From an uncultured Candidatus Peribacteria bacterium (GTDB lineage: Bacteria > Patescibacteriota > Gracilibacteria > Peribacterales > Peribacteraceae), in assembly GCA_964502425.1 (NCBI GenBank), contig CAZCWV010000002.1, positions 1-33,254 on the forward strand: 33,254 nt of DNA, given 5' to 3'. The position numbers and the translations under genes are program-made. The notes under the pieces were generated by a model. That model saw only the letters and a list, made by a program, of their open reading frames with translations, was not told the DNA's origin and made no database searches. Positions 1 to 9,409 of the stretch are shown one piece after another; positions within the stretch are counted from its first letter, which is position 1, and every line of letters starts with the position of its first letter.

Positions 1-193
1 GCTCGAAATCGTGGTGCAGTCCCGTCTCGTTGTCGTTGATGAACACGGAGGCGGTGATGTGCATGGCGTTCACGAGGCACAGTCCTTCCCGTACGCCGCT
101 CTCGCGCACCGCCGCTTCCACCTGGTCCGTAATGTTCACGAAGCCCCGGCGGGACGGGACGTCCATCGTCAGGTACGCGGTGTGGGAAGCCAT
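1..193 (-). CDS. yjbQ: YjbQ/UPF0047 family protein (secondary thiamine-phosphate synthase-like), N-terminal part; 3' end lies outside the window
   Basis: Reverse-strand translation from ATG (191-193) gives [64 protein letters not shown], the typical YjbQ N-terminus. It is absent from the ORF track because it runs off the window edge. Confidence 0.8.
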   Translation of the reverse strand, partial: MASHTAYLTMDVPSRRGFVNITDQVEAAVRESGVREGLCLVNAMHITASVFINDNETGLHHDFE

Positions 194-215
194 GGGGGAG
201 GGGGAGGAAGCCGGT

Positions 216-2312
216 TCACTTGCACTCGTACTCGCAGGAGGAGCGCGGGTAGACGCTATCCCGGGACGTGAGCGGGAAGGCCGAACAGAGGAGCGAGCGC
301 AGGCCCATGCCGGAAGGGCAGAGGTAGGGGGAGACCGTTGCGGGGATGGCCGGGCAGATCGTCTTGCAGACCGGGGAACCATTCTGCTGTCCGCAGAAGG
401 GGACGCAGTATGAGGTGGCGGGGACATTGGAGGAGGGAGTGGGGACCGAAGGGGGGAGGGGAGGCGGGGGGGGAGAAGGAGATGTGTCGGGGGGAGAGGA
501 AGGACCGTTGGGATTGCAGGTGAGCATGACGTCGGTCATGCGCCGAGCCAGTTCGCCGGACACGCCATGTGCCACGGTCTCGAGCGAGATGGGGGACGTG
601 CAAGCGCCGATAGCGAAGACGAGTTGGAAGCTTGCAGACTGGTTGGCGGAGAGGACAAAAGGAGCCCCATTCCCGATCGTGGAACAGTCCACGGTATCCT
701 GGCTGCCCGCGCGGAGCGTGCAGTGTGCGTCAGAACGGTTCGGTATGAAGAACAGCCCCGGGGGCACGGTGTGGGTAACGAGGAGGGCGTCGCTGGGGCT
801 CGCGCTACGGTTCACCGCCATAATGAGGAGCGTGATGGTGCCTTCCTCCTGGGTGGACGGCATGCCCACGTGCACGGAGATGGGGCCGCTGGCAGCGGCA
901 AACGCCGCGCTGGTGAGGAGTGATGCTTCGTGGCGGCGGGAGCGAGTCAGCCGTTCGACGATTGCCCGCAAAAAGCCCAGGGCGCTCTCTTCATGCGGAA
1001 TGCAGGTGTAGGAACAGGCAGGTTCTCCCTGCAGGTCGCAGGCGAAGGACTGGACGCGTTCCCCCGATGAACAGAGGAAGGCGTTCGGCGTGGGGAGGGA
1101 GGGGAGATTGGCACACACGATCTTGCATCGGCGGTCCCCCTCGTCCCCCGTGCAAAAGGCGGAACACTCGCTTTGGCGCAGCGTCTGATTCTGCGCGGCG
1201 GAAGAAGAGGAGCGGGGGCGGGAGCTGGAAGAAGAGCGCGACGAACGGCTCGACGCTCTGCGCGAGGAAGACGAGCTCTGGGCGGATTCCTCGCACCAGC
1301 AGCATTCTCCGCCGCAGGAATCGGTGCCGCAGGATCCACTGCATCGTAGGAAGGACCCCGAGGGGCACGTGGGGATGGTGAGCGTGCAAGCATTGCCATC
1401 CATTTCGTAGGAGCAGCGCGCGGGCAGGATGCACTCCCCCATCTCTTCATCGCTGCACGCCCCCCCATATGCAATCTGCACGCCCGCCCGGTCCGCCCAA
1501 CAAGCATTGACGTACGTGCTGCCGTCATTGCCGCAGACCGCGAACGTGTCATCTCCGCAGATCTCTTCCGAGGGGGGAGAAGAGTCATGGGGGATACAAC
1601 GGCAGCAGAAGCCGACACAGGCATCCGTCCCGCAACTGCCGTCGCACGACAAGTCCCCGTCCACGCAGTCGATCGATGTGGAAACGCAGGCATCGCCGAT
1701 GAGCAGGCGGTCGCACTGGTAGGATGATTGACATTCCTCCCAGTTGTCTGGGGGGGTCCAATCGCCCGCAGACGAGGACGTACAGACGCCCCCATGCGCA
1801 ACTTCCGTGCCGGCGCAGAAGGCTTGGCATTGATTCCCGTACGTGATGCCGTCCGCGCCGCACACCGGCAGGTACTCCATCGTGCAGAGGCAATCTTCCG
1901 GGGGAGGGGATGAGACGGGGGTGCAGATGGAGGGGCTTCCCTCACAGATCCAATCCTGTTCCACGTAGCACCACATGCCGCACCCGTCACCGTCCATAAT
2001 GTTCCCGTCATCGCATTCTTCGTACGTCTGCACTTCGCCGTTGCCACACACCGCGTCGGCTTCGGCCGGCGTGCAGATGGATGGGCTCCCTTCGCACGTC
2101 CACCCCGGTTCGGGGGAGCACAGGTCGGTACAGCCGTCTCCTTCGTCCACATTGCCATCGTCACACTCTTCTCCCGCTTCGACGATGCTATTCCCGCACA
2201 CATTGAGGATAAGACCTTGGAGCCGTATTGGCCGTTCTCCCTGCATCCAGATGAGGACAGCCAGGAAGGGAATGCCGATGGCGGGGATGGCCAACGCGCG
2301 GACGCTGCGCAT
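216..2312 (-). CDS. Secreted or anchored cysteine-rich multidomain protein with Myxococcus-type Cys-rich repeats and Kazal-like domains
   Basis: 698-aa ORF with an N-terminal hydrophobic signal/anchor ([17 protein letters not shown]). Two [23 protein letters not shown] repeats and two Kazal-like units ([29 protein letters not shown]). Two CxxSCGTDxCxxxCC modules, a Ser/Arg low-complexity linker, a Pro-rich linker, and two copies of a further Cys module. Confidence 0.85.
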   Translation of the reverse strand: MRSVRALAIPAIGIPFLAVLIWMQGERPIRLQGLILNVCGNSIVEAGEECDDGNVDEGDGCTDLCSPEPGWTCEGSPSICTPAEADAVCGNGEVQTYEECDDGNIMDGDGCGMWCYVEQDWICEGSPSICTPVSSPPPEDCLCTMEYLPVCGADGITYGNQCQAFCAGTEVAHGGVCTSSSAGDWTPPDNWEECQSSYQCDRLLIGDACVSTSIDCVDGDLSCDGSCGTDACVGFCCRCIPHDSSPPSEEICGDDTFAVCGNDGSTYVNACWADRAGVQIAYGGACSDEEMGECILPARCSYEMDGNACTLTIPTCPSGSFLRCSGSCGTDSCGGECCWCEESAQSSSSSRRASSRSSRSSSSSRPRSSSSAAQNQTLRQSECSAFCTGDEGDRRCKIVCANLPSLPTPNAFLCSSGERVQSFACDLQGEPACSYTCIPHEESALGFLRAIVERLTRSRRHEASLLTSAAFAAASGPISVHVGMPSTQEEGTITLLIMAVNRSASPSDALLVTHTVPPGLFFIPNRSDAHCTLRAGSQDTVDCSTIGNGAPFVLSANQSASFQLVFAIGACTSPISLETVAHGVSGELARRMTDVMLTCNPNGPSSPPDTSPSPPPPPLPPSVPTPSSNVPATSYCVPFCGQQNGSPVCKTICPAIPATVSPYLCPSGMGLRSLLCSAFPLTSRDSVYPRSSCEYECK

Positions 2313-2367
2313 GGAAGAATCCTATTATTCTTCACCGGAAGGGGCAAAGGCGGAGGATGGACGGGGA

Positions 2368-2395
2368 GTATTGAGTATTGGGTATTGCGTATTGA
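2368..2395. repeat. Tandem heptamer array (GTATTGN)x4
   Basis: gtattga gtattgg gtattgc gtattga read directly. It lies in the intergenic region upstream of the Cys-rich protein gene. Confidence 0.9.
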
Positions 2396-2464
2396 GGATG
2401 CCATGCCAAAAAATGGCTTCACAGAGATATCTACCCATTCTTTCCTTCGTACTACTCTGTTCTT

Positions 2465-2842
2465 TCACTTCAATAACATCTTCATCAGCCAGTTCCCGAT
2501 TCCAAACACGAGGATCACCGCCAGCCAGCCCGGGAGTCCTCCCCCGATGCGCAGCGTGACGAGTGCGGGCTCCATGTGCTGCGCGATCCACACCGTGAGC
2601 CATACGAAAATGCCGTTCACGAGGATGAAGGCGAGGAGCGTGGCGACGAGTTTGAGGGGAAGCGTGGCCACGTCCAAAAGTGGCCGGACGAGAATGTTCA
2701 GGAGCGTCAGGAGCGCCCCCACGATGACCGATGCCGCAAAGCCGCCGCCGAGGACGAACGCCTCCGGGACGAAGGCAATGAGCGCCCACACGAGGGCGAC
2801 GTTCAAGGCAAAACGGAGGGCGAGGCGGAGAGGGAGGGACAT
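2465..2842 (-). CDS. Small 4-TM membrane protein, DUF360 / phage-holin-4-like family
   Basis: 125 aa, four hydrophobic spans. The sequence style (GALLTLLNILVRPLL...LVNGIFVWL) is typical of the YvlD/DUF360 family. Confidence 0.7.
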   Translation of the reverse strand: MSLPLRLALRFALNVALVWALIAFVPEAFVLGGGFAASVIVGALLTLLNILVRPLLDVATLPLKLVATLLAFILVNGIFVWLTVWIAQHMEPALVTLRIGGGLPGWLAVILVFGIGNWLMKMLLK

Positions 2843-2882
2843 GCTGGGAGGAAGTATAGCTTCGGGAAGGGGGCGAATGGAA

Positions 2883-2972
2883 CGTTACTTCGTTATTTCG
2901 TTATCTCGTGCAGATGTTTTGATTGTAGTGAAGCGCGATACGAAGTAACGAAAGAACGAGATAACGAAATAA
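2883..2972. repeat. Inverted pair of tandem octamer arrays, (CGTTAYYT)x3 and (CGARRTAA)x4
   Basis: cgttactt cgttattt cgttatct at 2883-2906 and cgaagtaa cgaaagaa cgagataa cgaaataa at 2941-2972. The arrays are mutually complementary, giving a long slippable hairpin just downstream of the ileS stop. Confidence 0.85.
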
Positions 2973-2975
2973 CTA

Positions 2976-5900
2976 TCAAATTTTTTCGAACCTAAACCTC
3001 ACCTTCTCCCCGTTCAGTTCCGCATCGTGCCAGGGGCCGAGGTTCTCCGCGAACGTCGCGTTCGTCTCTTCCGCGATCATCGTGCCGCAGAAGTGGAGCA
3101 CGGGGGCGGCGCCCTCGATCTGCAGCGTAATCCGATCCGCGATGCCCAATCCGGCCGCCTTCCGCTCGCGCTGCACCGCGCGGATGAGGTCCCGTCCGCA
3201 CCCTTCCAGCGACAGTTCCTCCGTGAGGCCCGTATCCAAGCTGACGACGACGCCCTTGTCGCCGGCGACGTTGCGTCCTTCCTTCCCCACGTAGACGACG
3301 GTCGCCTCGTCGGAGGTGAGTGCCTCGTCGAGGATCACGATGACGCCGTTCTTCCCCTGCGTAAACTCGCCGCGCTTGCCCGCCGCGATCACATCCTGCA
3401 CGCGCGCGCCGAGGCGGGGGCCCGCTACGCGCGCGTCCACCCGGGCGATGGGCATTCCCAGTGTTCCCGGGTCATCCGTCACGTCAATCCGCTTCACGTT
3501 CAATTCTTCCTGTAGCAGCGCCGTTTCCTCATCCGTGAGCGGTTCCTCCCGCCCTTCGGCTCCGCTCAGGGACGCGGGCAGGGCGACGGACGCTGTGGCG
3601 AGGGGCTGGCGGAGCTTGACTCCGGCGTCCGCGCGGAGCTTGAGCCCGAGCGAGACGATGGTGCGGAGCAAGCGGTTCTTGCGGAGGAGCTCTTCCTCTT
3701 CCTCCGTCAGCGTCCGCGTGGTCGGCCAGTCCGTGAGGTGGATGGAGCCGTGGTCTTCACGTACCAAGTTCAGGTAGATGGCGTCCGTGACGAACGGGCA
3801 AAACGGCGCGAGGAGTTGGGACATCGTCAGTAATACGTCGTAGAGGGTGGCGCAGGCGGCTGTGCGGTCCTCCTCCTGTCCTGCGCTCATGTTGTCACCA
3901 GTCTCATGGATGCTCCCTTTACCGGCGAAGCGGCGGCGCGAGAGGCGCACGTACCAGTTCGTGAGGCTGTCGATGGTGTCGAACAGTTCCCCGCAGGTGG
4001 CCGAGAGGTCGTAGCGTTCCATTTGCTCCGTCATGCGGTTGACGAGGTCCTGCACCTCGGCGCGGATCCAACGGTCGAGCGGATGCGCGGAAGCGGCGCG
4101 CGTCTCGCGCGGCTCCCATCCCGCCGCGTTGGCGTACGTGACGAAGAAGGCGTAGGCGTTCCAGAAGGGGAGCAGGACGTTGCGCAGCGTCTCCTCCACG
4201 CCCTTCTCCGAAAAACGCATGTCCTCGCCGCGCACGGCGGGGGAGCTCATGAGCATGAAGCGGACGGCGTCCGCCCCGTGGCGCTCCGCCACCTCCAGCG
4301 GCTCGGGGTAGTTCTTCAGGCGCTTACTCATCTTCTTCCCGTCCTCGGCCAGCACCGTGCCGTTGACCACGCAGTGGAAGAACGCGGGGCGGTCGAAGAG
4401 GGCGGTGGAGAGGACGGTGAGGGTGTAGAACCACCCGCGCGTCTGATCAATCCCCTCCGCGATGAAGTCCGCGGGGAAGCCCGGCGGAAGCTCCGTCCCC
4501 TCCGCCTTCTTCTGCACGTGCTCGATGTCGAAGGGGAAGTGCGACTGCGCGTAGGGCATGGCGCCGCTCTCGAACCAGCAGTCCAGCACGTCCGGTATGC
4601 GGCGGAAGAGCGGGGTCGGTTTTCCCTCCTCGGCGGGCGCCGCTTCCCACGTGATGGGGTCCACTGTCTCCTTGTGCAGGTCGAGTTGCGCCCCCGCCTC
4701 GTGGTCCCAGTAGAACGTCTGCGTGTCCGCGTACTCCGGGTACGGCTGGCGCGTGAGCTTGGCGGGGTCTTCCTTCGTGAAGTAGTGCTTGAGGTTCAGC
4801 AGGGGATCGGCGTGCGTGACCACCACGATGTGCTCGCCGCGGTGGCGGGGCAGTACGTCCTCCAGAAACGACTTCACGCGCACCTGCACCTCCTGCCACG
4901 TCTCCATGCCGGGGAAGTGGTAGATGCTCTCCATGTCGTTCGTCTGCATCTTGTGCGCCCGCCGCGCCTTGACGAAAGCCAGGTCGGAGAAGTCCACGCT
5001 CTTGCCCTCATACTCCCCGAACTTCACTTCCCGCAGCCGCTCATCCACGGCGATGCCGGCGCCCGTCTGCTTGGCCACGGCTTTGGCCGTCTGTTGCGTG
5101 CGGCAGAGGGGAGAGGCGTAGATGCGCGTCACGTCCTGGGTCTTGAGGAACACGCCGGCCTCCTTCGCCTGCTTCTTCCCGCGCGCGGTGAGGTCCGTCC
5201 CCGGCACTTCCCCCTGGTAGACGGGCTTCACGTTCCCCGCGCTCTCGCCGTGGCGCAGGATCGTCACCTTTGTGAAACGTTCCGGCACTCTTTGCATCAG
5301 CTCATCCCGGCTCCCGATCACCTCCACCTGCCCCGTCTCCGCGCAGCGCCAGATGGGGAGCGGCGTCCCCCAGTACCGGTTGCGGGAGATCGCCCAATCG
5401 CGCGCTCCCTCCAACCACTTGCCGAACCGCCCGTCGCGGATGTGCGCGGGAACCCACTCCGTCTCCGCGTTCACCTGGAGCATCCGCTCCTTGATCTTCT
5501 CCACGGCCACGAACCACGAGGACGTGGCGTAGTTCAAGAGCGGCGAATCACAGCGCCAGCAGTGGGGGTAGCTGTGGCGGAAATTCTCCTGCTTCCAGAC
5601 GAGGCCCTTGGCGCTTACGTCCGCAAGGAGTTTCTTCTCCCCGTCCTTTACGAATGATCCCGCGTACGGTCCGGCGGTCTCCGTAAAGTGTCCCGTCATG
5701 TCCACGTCCATCACGATGGGGAGGCCGTTCTTCTTTGCGGCTTCCATATCCACTTCCCCGTACGATCCGTTGATCGTCACGATGCCTGTTCCCTCCCCGG
5801 CTTCCACATAGTCCCCCGCGAAGATGCGGTACACGTTTGGGTTCTCCTTCACCTCAGGGATGTCACCGTACCACGGCGCAATGTGCGCGTAGCGTTTGCC

Positions 5901-6836
5901 GACGAGAGCGCTCCCCGGGAATTCCTCCAGAACTTCGTACCCTTCCGTTCCCTTCATTACGTCCGCAACGCGGTCCTTGATCATGATGAGCCGCTCGTCG
6001 CCCGCTCGGACCTTTGCGTACGTCGCATCCGGTTTGACGGAGAGCCCCATCGTGGAGAGCGTGCTCCAGGGCGTCGTTGTCCAGGCAAGGACGTATGTCC
6101 TGCGATCCTTGGAATCCTTGGCATCGTCGGCATCCGTCAGGAGGAACTTCCACGTCACCGCAACATCCGATACTTCCTTATATCCCTGCGTCACCTCGAA
6201 GTTGGCGAGTGGCGTGACGCAGCGGGGGCAGATTTGCATGGCTTTCTTCCCCTCATACAGCAATCCCTTCTCATACAAGCTCTTGAACGTCCACCAGATG
6301 CTCTCCATGTAATCGGGGTCCATCGTCCGGTAGTCCCAATCCATATCCACCCAGCGGCCCATCCGTTCCACGGCCTTGCGCCACTCCTTCGTGTAGCGCT
6401 GCACCGCGGCGCGGCAGAGGCCGTTGAAGGCCTTCACCCCCATCTCCTCAATCTGCTGCTTGGACTGGATGCCGTGCTCCTTCTCGATCTCGTACTCCAC
6501 GGGAAGGCCGTGGCAGTCCCAGCCGAAGCGCCGCTGCACGGCCTTGCCGCGCATCGTCCGGTAGCGGGGGATCACGTCCTTAATCGTTCCCGCCAGGATG
6601 TGGCCGTAGTGGGGGAGACCGGTGGCGAAGGGGGGGCCGTCGAAGAAGCTGTACTCAACGCGCTCCTTCCCCTTTACCCTGCCCAGGGGGATTTTCCGCC
6701 GCTTCCCCGTCTTCTCGCTCACCCCGCGGCGCCGGTCAATGGACCGCTGGAAGGTGTTCTCCTCCTGCCAGTACGTGAGGATCGTGCGCTCAAGGTCCGG
6801 GAAGGACTGTTTAGGATCGACGGGGTCAAAGGGCAT
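2976..6836 (-). CDS. ileS: Isoleucyl-tRNA synthetase (eukaryote-like type 2) carrying an internal histidine-phosphatase domain insertion
   Basis: Class I motifs HYGH and KMSKR, plus GWDCHGLP, WAISRNRYWGTPLPIW and DCWFESGAMPYAQ. I moved the start to MPFDPVDPKQSFPDLE (ATG 6834-6836). The 55 extra N-terminal residues in the ORF track run into the AT-rich promoter region. Confidence 0.95.
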   Translation of the reverse strand: MPFDPVDPKQSFPDLERTILTYWQEENTFQRSIDRRRGVSEKTGKRRKIPLGRVKGKERVEYSFFDGPPFATGLPHYGHILAGTIKDVIPRYRTMRGKAVQRRFGWDCHGLPVEYEIEKEHGIQSKQQIEEMGVKAFNGLCRAAVQRYTKEWRKAVERMGRWVDMDWDYRTMDPDYMESIWWTFKSLYEKGLLYEGKKAMQICPRCVTPLANFEVTQGYKEVSDVAVTWKFLLTDADDAKDSKDRRTYVLAWTTTPWSTLSTMGLSVKPDATYAKVRAGDERLIMIKDRVADVMKGTEGYEVLEEFPGSALVGKRYAHIAPWYGDIPEVKENPNVYRIFAGDYVEAGEGTGIVTINGSYGEVDMEAAKKNGLPIVMDVDMTGHFTETAGPYAGSFVKDGEKKLLADVSAKGLVWKQENFRHSYPHCWRCDSPLLNYATSSWFVAVEKIKERMLQVNAETEWVPAHIRDGRFGKWLEGARDWAISRNRYWGTPLPIWRCAETGQVEVIGSRDELMQRVPERFTKVTILRHGESAGNVKPVYQGEVPGTDLTARGKKQAKEAGVFLKTQDVTRIYASPLCRTQQTAKAVAKQTGAGIAVDERLREVKFGEYEGKSVDFSDLAFVKARRAHKMQTNDMESIYHFPGMETWQEVQVRVKSFLEDVLPRHRGEHIVVVTHADPLLNLKHYFTKEDPAKLTRQPYPEYADTQTFYWDHEAGAQLDLHKETVDPITWEAAPAEEGKPTPLFRRIPDVLDCWFESGAMPYAQSHFPFDIEHVQKKAEGTELPPGFPADFIAEGIDQTRGWFYTLTVLSTALFDRPAFFHCVVNGTVLAEDGKKMSKRLKNYPEPLEVAERHGADAVRFMLMSSPAVRGEDMRFSEKGVEETLRNVLLPFWNAYAFFVTYANAAGWEPRETRAASAHPLDRWIRAEVQDLVNRMTEQMERYDLSATCGELFDTIDSLTNWYVRLSRRRFAGKGSIHETGDNMSAGQEEDRTAACATLYDVLLTMSQLLAPFCPFVTDAIYLNLVREDHGSIHLTDWPTTRTLTEEEEELLRKNRLLRTIVSLGLKLRADAGVKLRQPLATASVALPASLSGAEGREEPLTDEETALLQEELNVKRIDVTDDPGTLGMPIARVDARVAGPRLGARVQDVIAAGKRGEFTQGKNGVIVILDEALTSDEATVVYVGKEGRNVAGDKGVVVSLDTGLTEELSLEGCGRDLIRAVQRERKAAGLGIADRITLQIEGAAPVLHFCGTMIAEETNATFAENLGPWHDAELNGEKVRFRFEKI

Positions 6837-6967
6837 GCGGAAGGGGGGCAGGATCAAGGGGATGCGGAAGAGTTCCACGTACGCAACGATGCATATTGTA
6901 TGGGGAGAGTGTACAGAATTTTGTTGATACTTGCTGGGCAGAGAGATGGAAAAATTGATATCAGTAT

Positions 6968-6996
6968 TTGACAATATCCACGTGAGAAGGTACAAT
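6968..6996 (+). promoter_or_regulatory. Consensus sigma70-type promoter TTGACA-17 nt-TACAAT
   Basis: ttgaca at 6968-6973, a 17-nt spacer, tacaat at 6991-6996. The ORF-track ATG at 6995 lies inside the -10 box, so the downstream ORF more likely starts at ATG 7016. Confidence 0.6.
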
Positions 6997-7015
6997 GTCA
7001 CTACGTTTTTTTTCT

Positions 7016-7342
7016 ATGAGAACTGAGACGACCACGCGCATCGGCACGGACTACTACCATCCGATTCAGCAGAGCGAAACGGAAGAGCCTTCTCTTGATG
7101 CTACCCAGGAAGAAATCCACCACAACGTTGCCCGCGTACTGGGGATTTTTTGGAAAAGAGGCGCTGATCTTCTCTTTACCTTGGGAATGAGTGAGGAGCA
7201 GATGCACATTTGCGTGATGCAGGAACTGGGCGGAGCGGAGGGGACGAAGATGGATATCAAGGATTTTCGACATTTTGTTGCCCAGGTCATTTCTCAGCTC
7301 ATTGTAGACGGAGGGAGGAACACGGTGATTTCTCGGAAGTGA
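7016..7342 (+). CDS. Hypothetical 108-aa protein
   Basis: ORF in frame with track ORF 6995..7342, and the first ATG downstream of the consensus promoter. No recognisable motifs. Lower GC than flanking genes. Confidence 0.5.
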   Translation: MRTETTTRIGTDYYHPIQQSETEEPSLDATQEEIHHNVARVLGIFWKRGADLLFTLGMSEEQMHICVMQELGGAEGTKMDIKDFRHFVAQVISQLIVDGGRNTVISRK

Positions 7343-7418
7343 CGTCTGCAGGATTTGCGCATACCCATGATAAAATCGGTATCCTGGAGGACACGCGGAA
7401 TGGTATGATTCCTGTTCC

Positions 7419-9353
7419 ATGATGGACATTGAGCGCCAGTTACATGAGGCCATGGAGTACATGTCTGCGAATGACAGGGAGAGGGTGCTGGTTGCCCTCG
7501 AGCGGTCAAAGCTGTGGCACGAAGGGCAGAAGCGTATCAGCGGTGACCCCTACGTCATCCATCCGATCACCGTTGCCCTGTACTTATGCAAGCTGCGCGC
7601 GGGGAGGGAAACAGTGATCGCAGCTCTTTTGCATGATGCCGTTGAAGACGAAAAAGCTACGTTACAGCAAGTGAAGAGCGAGTTCGGGGATACGGTCGCA
7701 AAGCTGGTGGATGGAGTGACGAAGCTCTCCAAACATCATTATGAAAGCGGGCGGAGGGCGGAACGACAAGTGGCTTCCCTGCGCAAGCTGATGCTCACGG
7801 CGAATGACGATTTACGCGTGATCTTCATCAAGCTCGCGGACCGTCGGCACAACGTCGAAACCCTTGCCGCTCTTCCCCCGGAGAAGCAGCAGCGTATCGC
7901 CCACGAGACGTTGGAGATCTACGTTCCCTTCGCCCGTATCGTGGGCTTGTGGGAATTGAAGACGCTCTTCGAAGAAGCCTGTTTCCCCATCGCGTACCCT
8001 CAGGAGAGTGCGGAATGGCATGGCACCATTGCACGATTGCGCCAGTCCGTGCAGGAGGAACGCAACGCGTTCATTCAGCGGCTCAATGAGGAAACATCGG
8101 ATGATGTCCAGGCGGAGCTCCGTCCCATGACGGATTATGAAGTCTACCAGAAAATGCAGGGGATTATTGATCGCCTCGGGAGCGCCAGTACCATTGATAG
8201 TGTCCTCATCAAAGTCCAATCGCAGTCGCCCGTCGATTGCTACCACGTGATGGGGGAGATCCATGCACGGTATCCCGTACGGTCCGGTACGTTCCACGAT
8301 TACATCAGCGCCCCCCAATCCAACGGGTACCGCGCCCTCCATACGACGATCTTCCTCTCGCAGCGTCATGAAGTCCGTCTGCGTATCCAGACGCAAGAGA
8401 TGTACGAATTTGCGTCGACGCGGATGCTCTCCACGTGGCTTGGCGACCAGGGGAATGACATCTACCAAGCGTTGAGCGGATTGCACGCTGTGCAAGGGAA
8501 CCACGACCAGTACGTCAATGATCTCAAGCGGACGGTCTTGGAGAAGCGCATGAGCATCTTCACGACCTCAGGCGATATCGTATCGTTGCCTCTCGGCGCC
8601 ACGGGCGTGGATTTCGCCTTCGCCATCAATCCGGACCATGTCTCCTCTCTTTCGGGCGTACGCGTGGACGGGGAATTGCACGAAGCGACGTATCTGCTCA
8701 AGCAAGGTGATACCGTTGAGCTCGTTCTCCTGGAGAATGGCAAGAGCGAGCTTCGCAGCATGTGGGTGGATAAGGTGACGCTCGTCGGCGCCCGGGAAAC
8801 CTTGCGCAAGTCGCTCCGTTACTCCCCGAAGAATAAGAGAAGGGAGGAAGGAAGGCATCTGCTGGAGGTGGCGTGCAGCAAGCGCAGATTACCATTGTGG
8901 TGGTTGGTGCATTTCCCTCCCATGCAGGGCGATCTCGCCCGTGCGATGCAAAGGAAATCGTTTGAAGCGTTGCTCGAGGACGTCGGGAGTGGCCTTGTGC
9001 CGGTAGGTACCGTGGCAGATGCGTACAGGAATCTCCTGATTGCGCCCACGAGCTGGAAAGTCATTTTATTGAAGTTGTTCCACCTCCTTCCCCGCATGCG
9101 GGTCCTCAATAAAGATGCGACGGTCATGGATGTAGAGATCTATGCGCAGGATCGCCTCGGTCTCATCCATGACATTGCGCAATGCTGCGTCGACCGGAAT
9201 ATCAATATGTCGCAGTTCTCCGTCTATGCCACTCCCCATGGGGGCTCCTTTTACAAAATGCGCGTGGAAGTGAAAAATTTTGATCAATTCAGCGATCTCT
9301 ACGATTCGCTTGTCCAGGTGCCAAGTATCAGGAGTGTATTGAGGAAGAGATAA
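7419..9353 (+). CDS. relA/spoT: Long RelA/SpoT homolog (HD hydrolase - SYN-like - TGS - ACT); hydrolase motifs intact, synthetase motifs degenerate
   Basis: HD domain: GQKRISGDPYVIHP, LLHDAVEDE, KLADRRHNVETL. SYN-like region: FHDYISAPQSNGYRALHTT, but RLRIQT in place of EVQIRT. TGS: FTTSGDIVSLPLGATGVDFAF. C-terminal ACT-like segment: VEIYAQDRLGLIHDI. Confidence 0.9.
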   Translation: MMDIERQLHEAMEYMSANDRERVLVALERSKLWHEGQKRISGDPYVIHPITVALYLCKLRAGRETVIAALLHDAVEDEKATLQQVKSEFGDTVAKLVDGVTKLSKHHYESGRRAERQVASLRKLMLTANDDLRVIFIKLADRRHNVETLAALPPEKQQRIAHETLEIYVPFARIVGLWELKTLFEEACFPIAYPQESAEWHGTIARLRQSVQEERNAFIQRLNEETSDDVQAELRPMTDYEVYQKMQGIIDRLGSASTIDSVLIKVQSQSPVDCYHVMGEIHARYPVRSGTFHDYISAPQSNGYRALHTTIFLSQRHEVRLRIQTQEMYEFASTRMLSTWLGDQGNDIYQALSGLHAVQGNHDQYVNDLKRTVLEKRMSIFTTSGDIVSLPLGATGVDFAFAINPDHVSSLSGVRVDGELHEATYLLKQGDTVELVLLENGKSELRSMWVDKVTLVGARETLRKSLRYSPKNKRREEGRHLLEVACSKRRLPLWWLVHFPPMQGDLARAMQRKSFEALLEDVGSGLVPVGTVADAYRNLLIAPTSWKVILLKLFHLLPRMRVLNKDATVMDVEIYAQDRLGLIHDIAQCCVDRNINMSQFSVYATPHGGSFYKMRVEVKNFDQFSDLYDSLVQVPSIRSVLRKR

Positions 9354-9409
9354 TTATATGGTATGATGACAATCCTTAATTTTCTTCAGTACCGTTAAAC
9401 CTCTTTGTC

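Noticed and set aside
466-490. gggggggg-agaagga-gatgtgt inside the Cys-rich gene as a second copy of the ribE palindromic element
   Set aside because: The similarity is confined to about 20 nt of low-complexity G-rich sequence that encodes a Pro-rich linker. It lacks the paired hairpin architecture.
4686-5288. The IleRS insertion as an intein
   Set aside because: There is no Cys/Ser/Thr-initiated splice junction, no terminal HN followed by Cys/Ser/Thr, and no endonuclease blocks. The segment matches histidine-phosphatase motifs throughout.
3906-5657. Long antisense or alternative-frame ORFs (3906..5657, 5688..6971, 12868..14595, 18989..20560, 27291..28295, 947..2422, among others)
   Set aside because: These are typical high-GC shadow ORFs. 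They are Arg/Ala/Gly/His-rich with no motifs, and each overlaps a gene with strong homology-type evidence on the other strand or frame.
6837-6990. T-box leader upstream of ileS
   Set aside because: No T-box sequence (AAnnnGGGUGGUACCGCG-like) or specifier-loop architecture is seen in the roughly 150-nt leader.
6837-7001. ORF-track N-terminal extensions (ileS to 7001, uvrA to 17271, thioredoxin-like from 10679, flippase-like to 30663, SLH from 18974)
   Set aside because: The extensions run into AT-rich promoter regions or across neighbouring genes. Conserved N-termini and the CT-rich pre-start tracts support the shorter starts used here.
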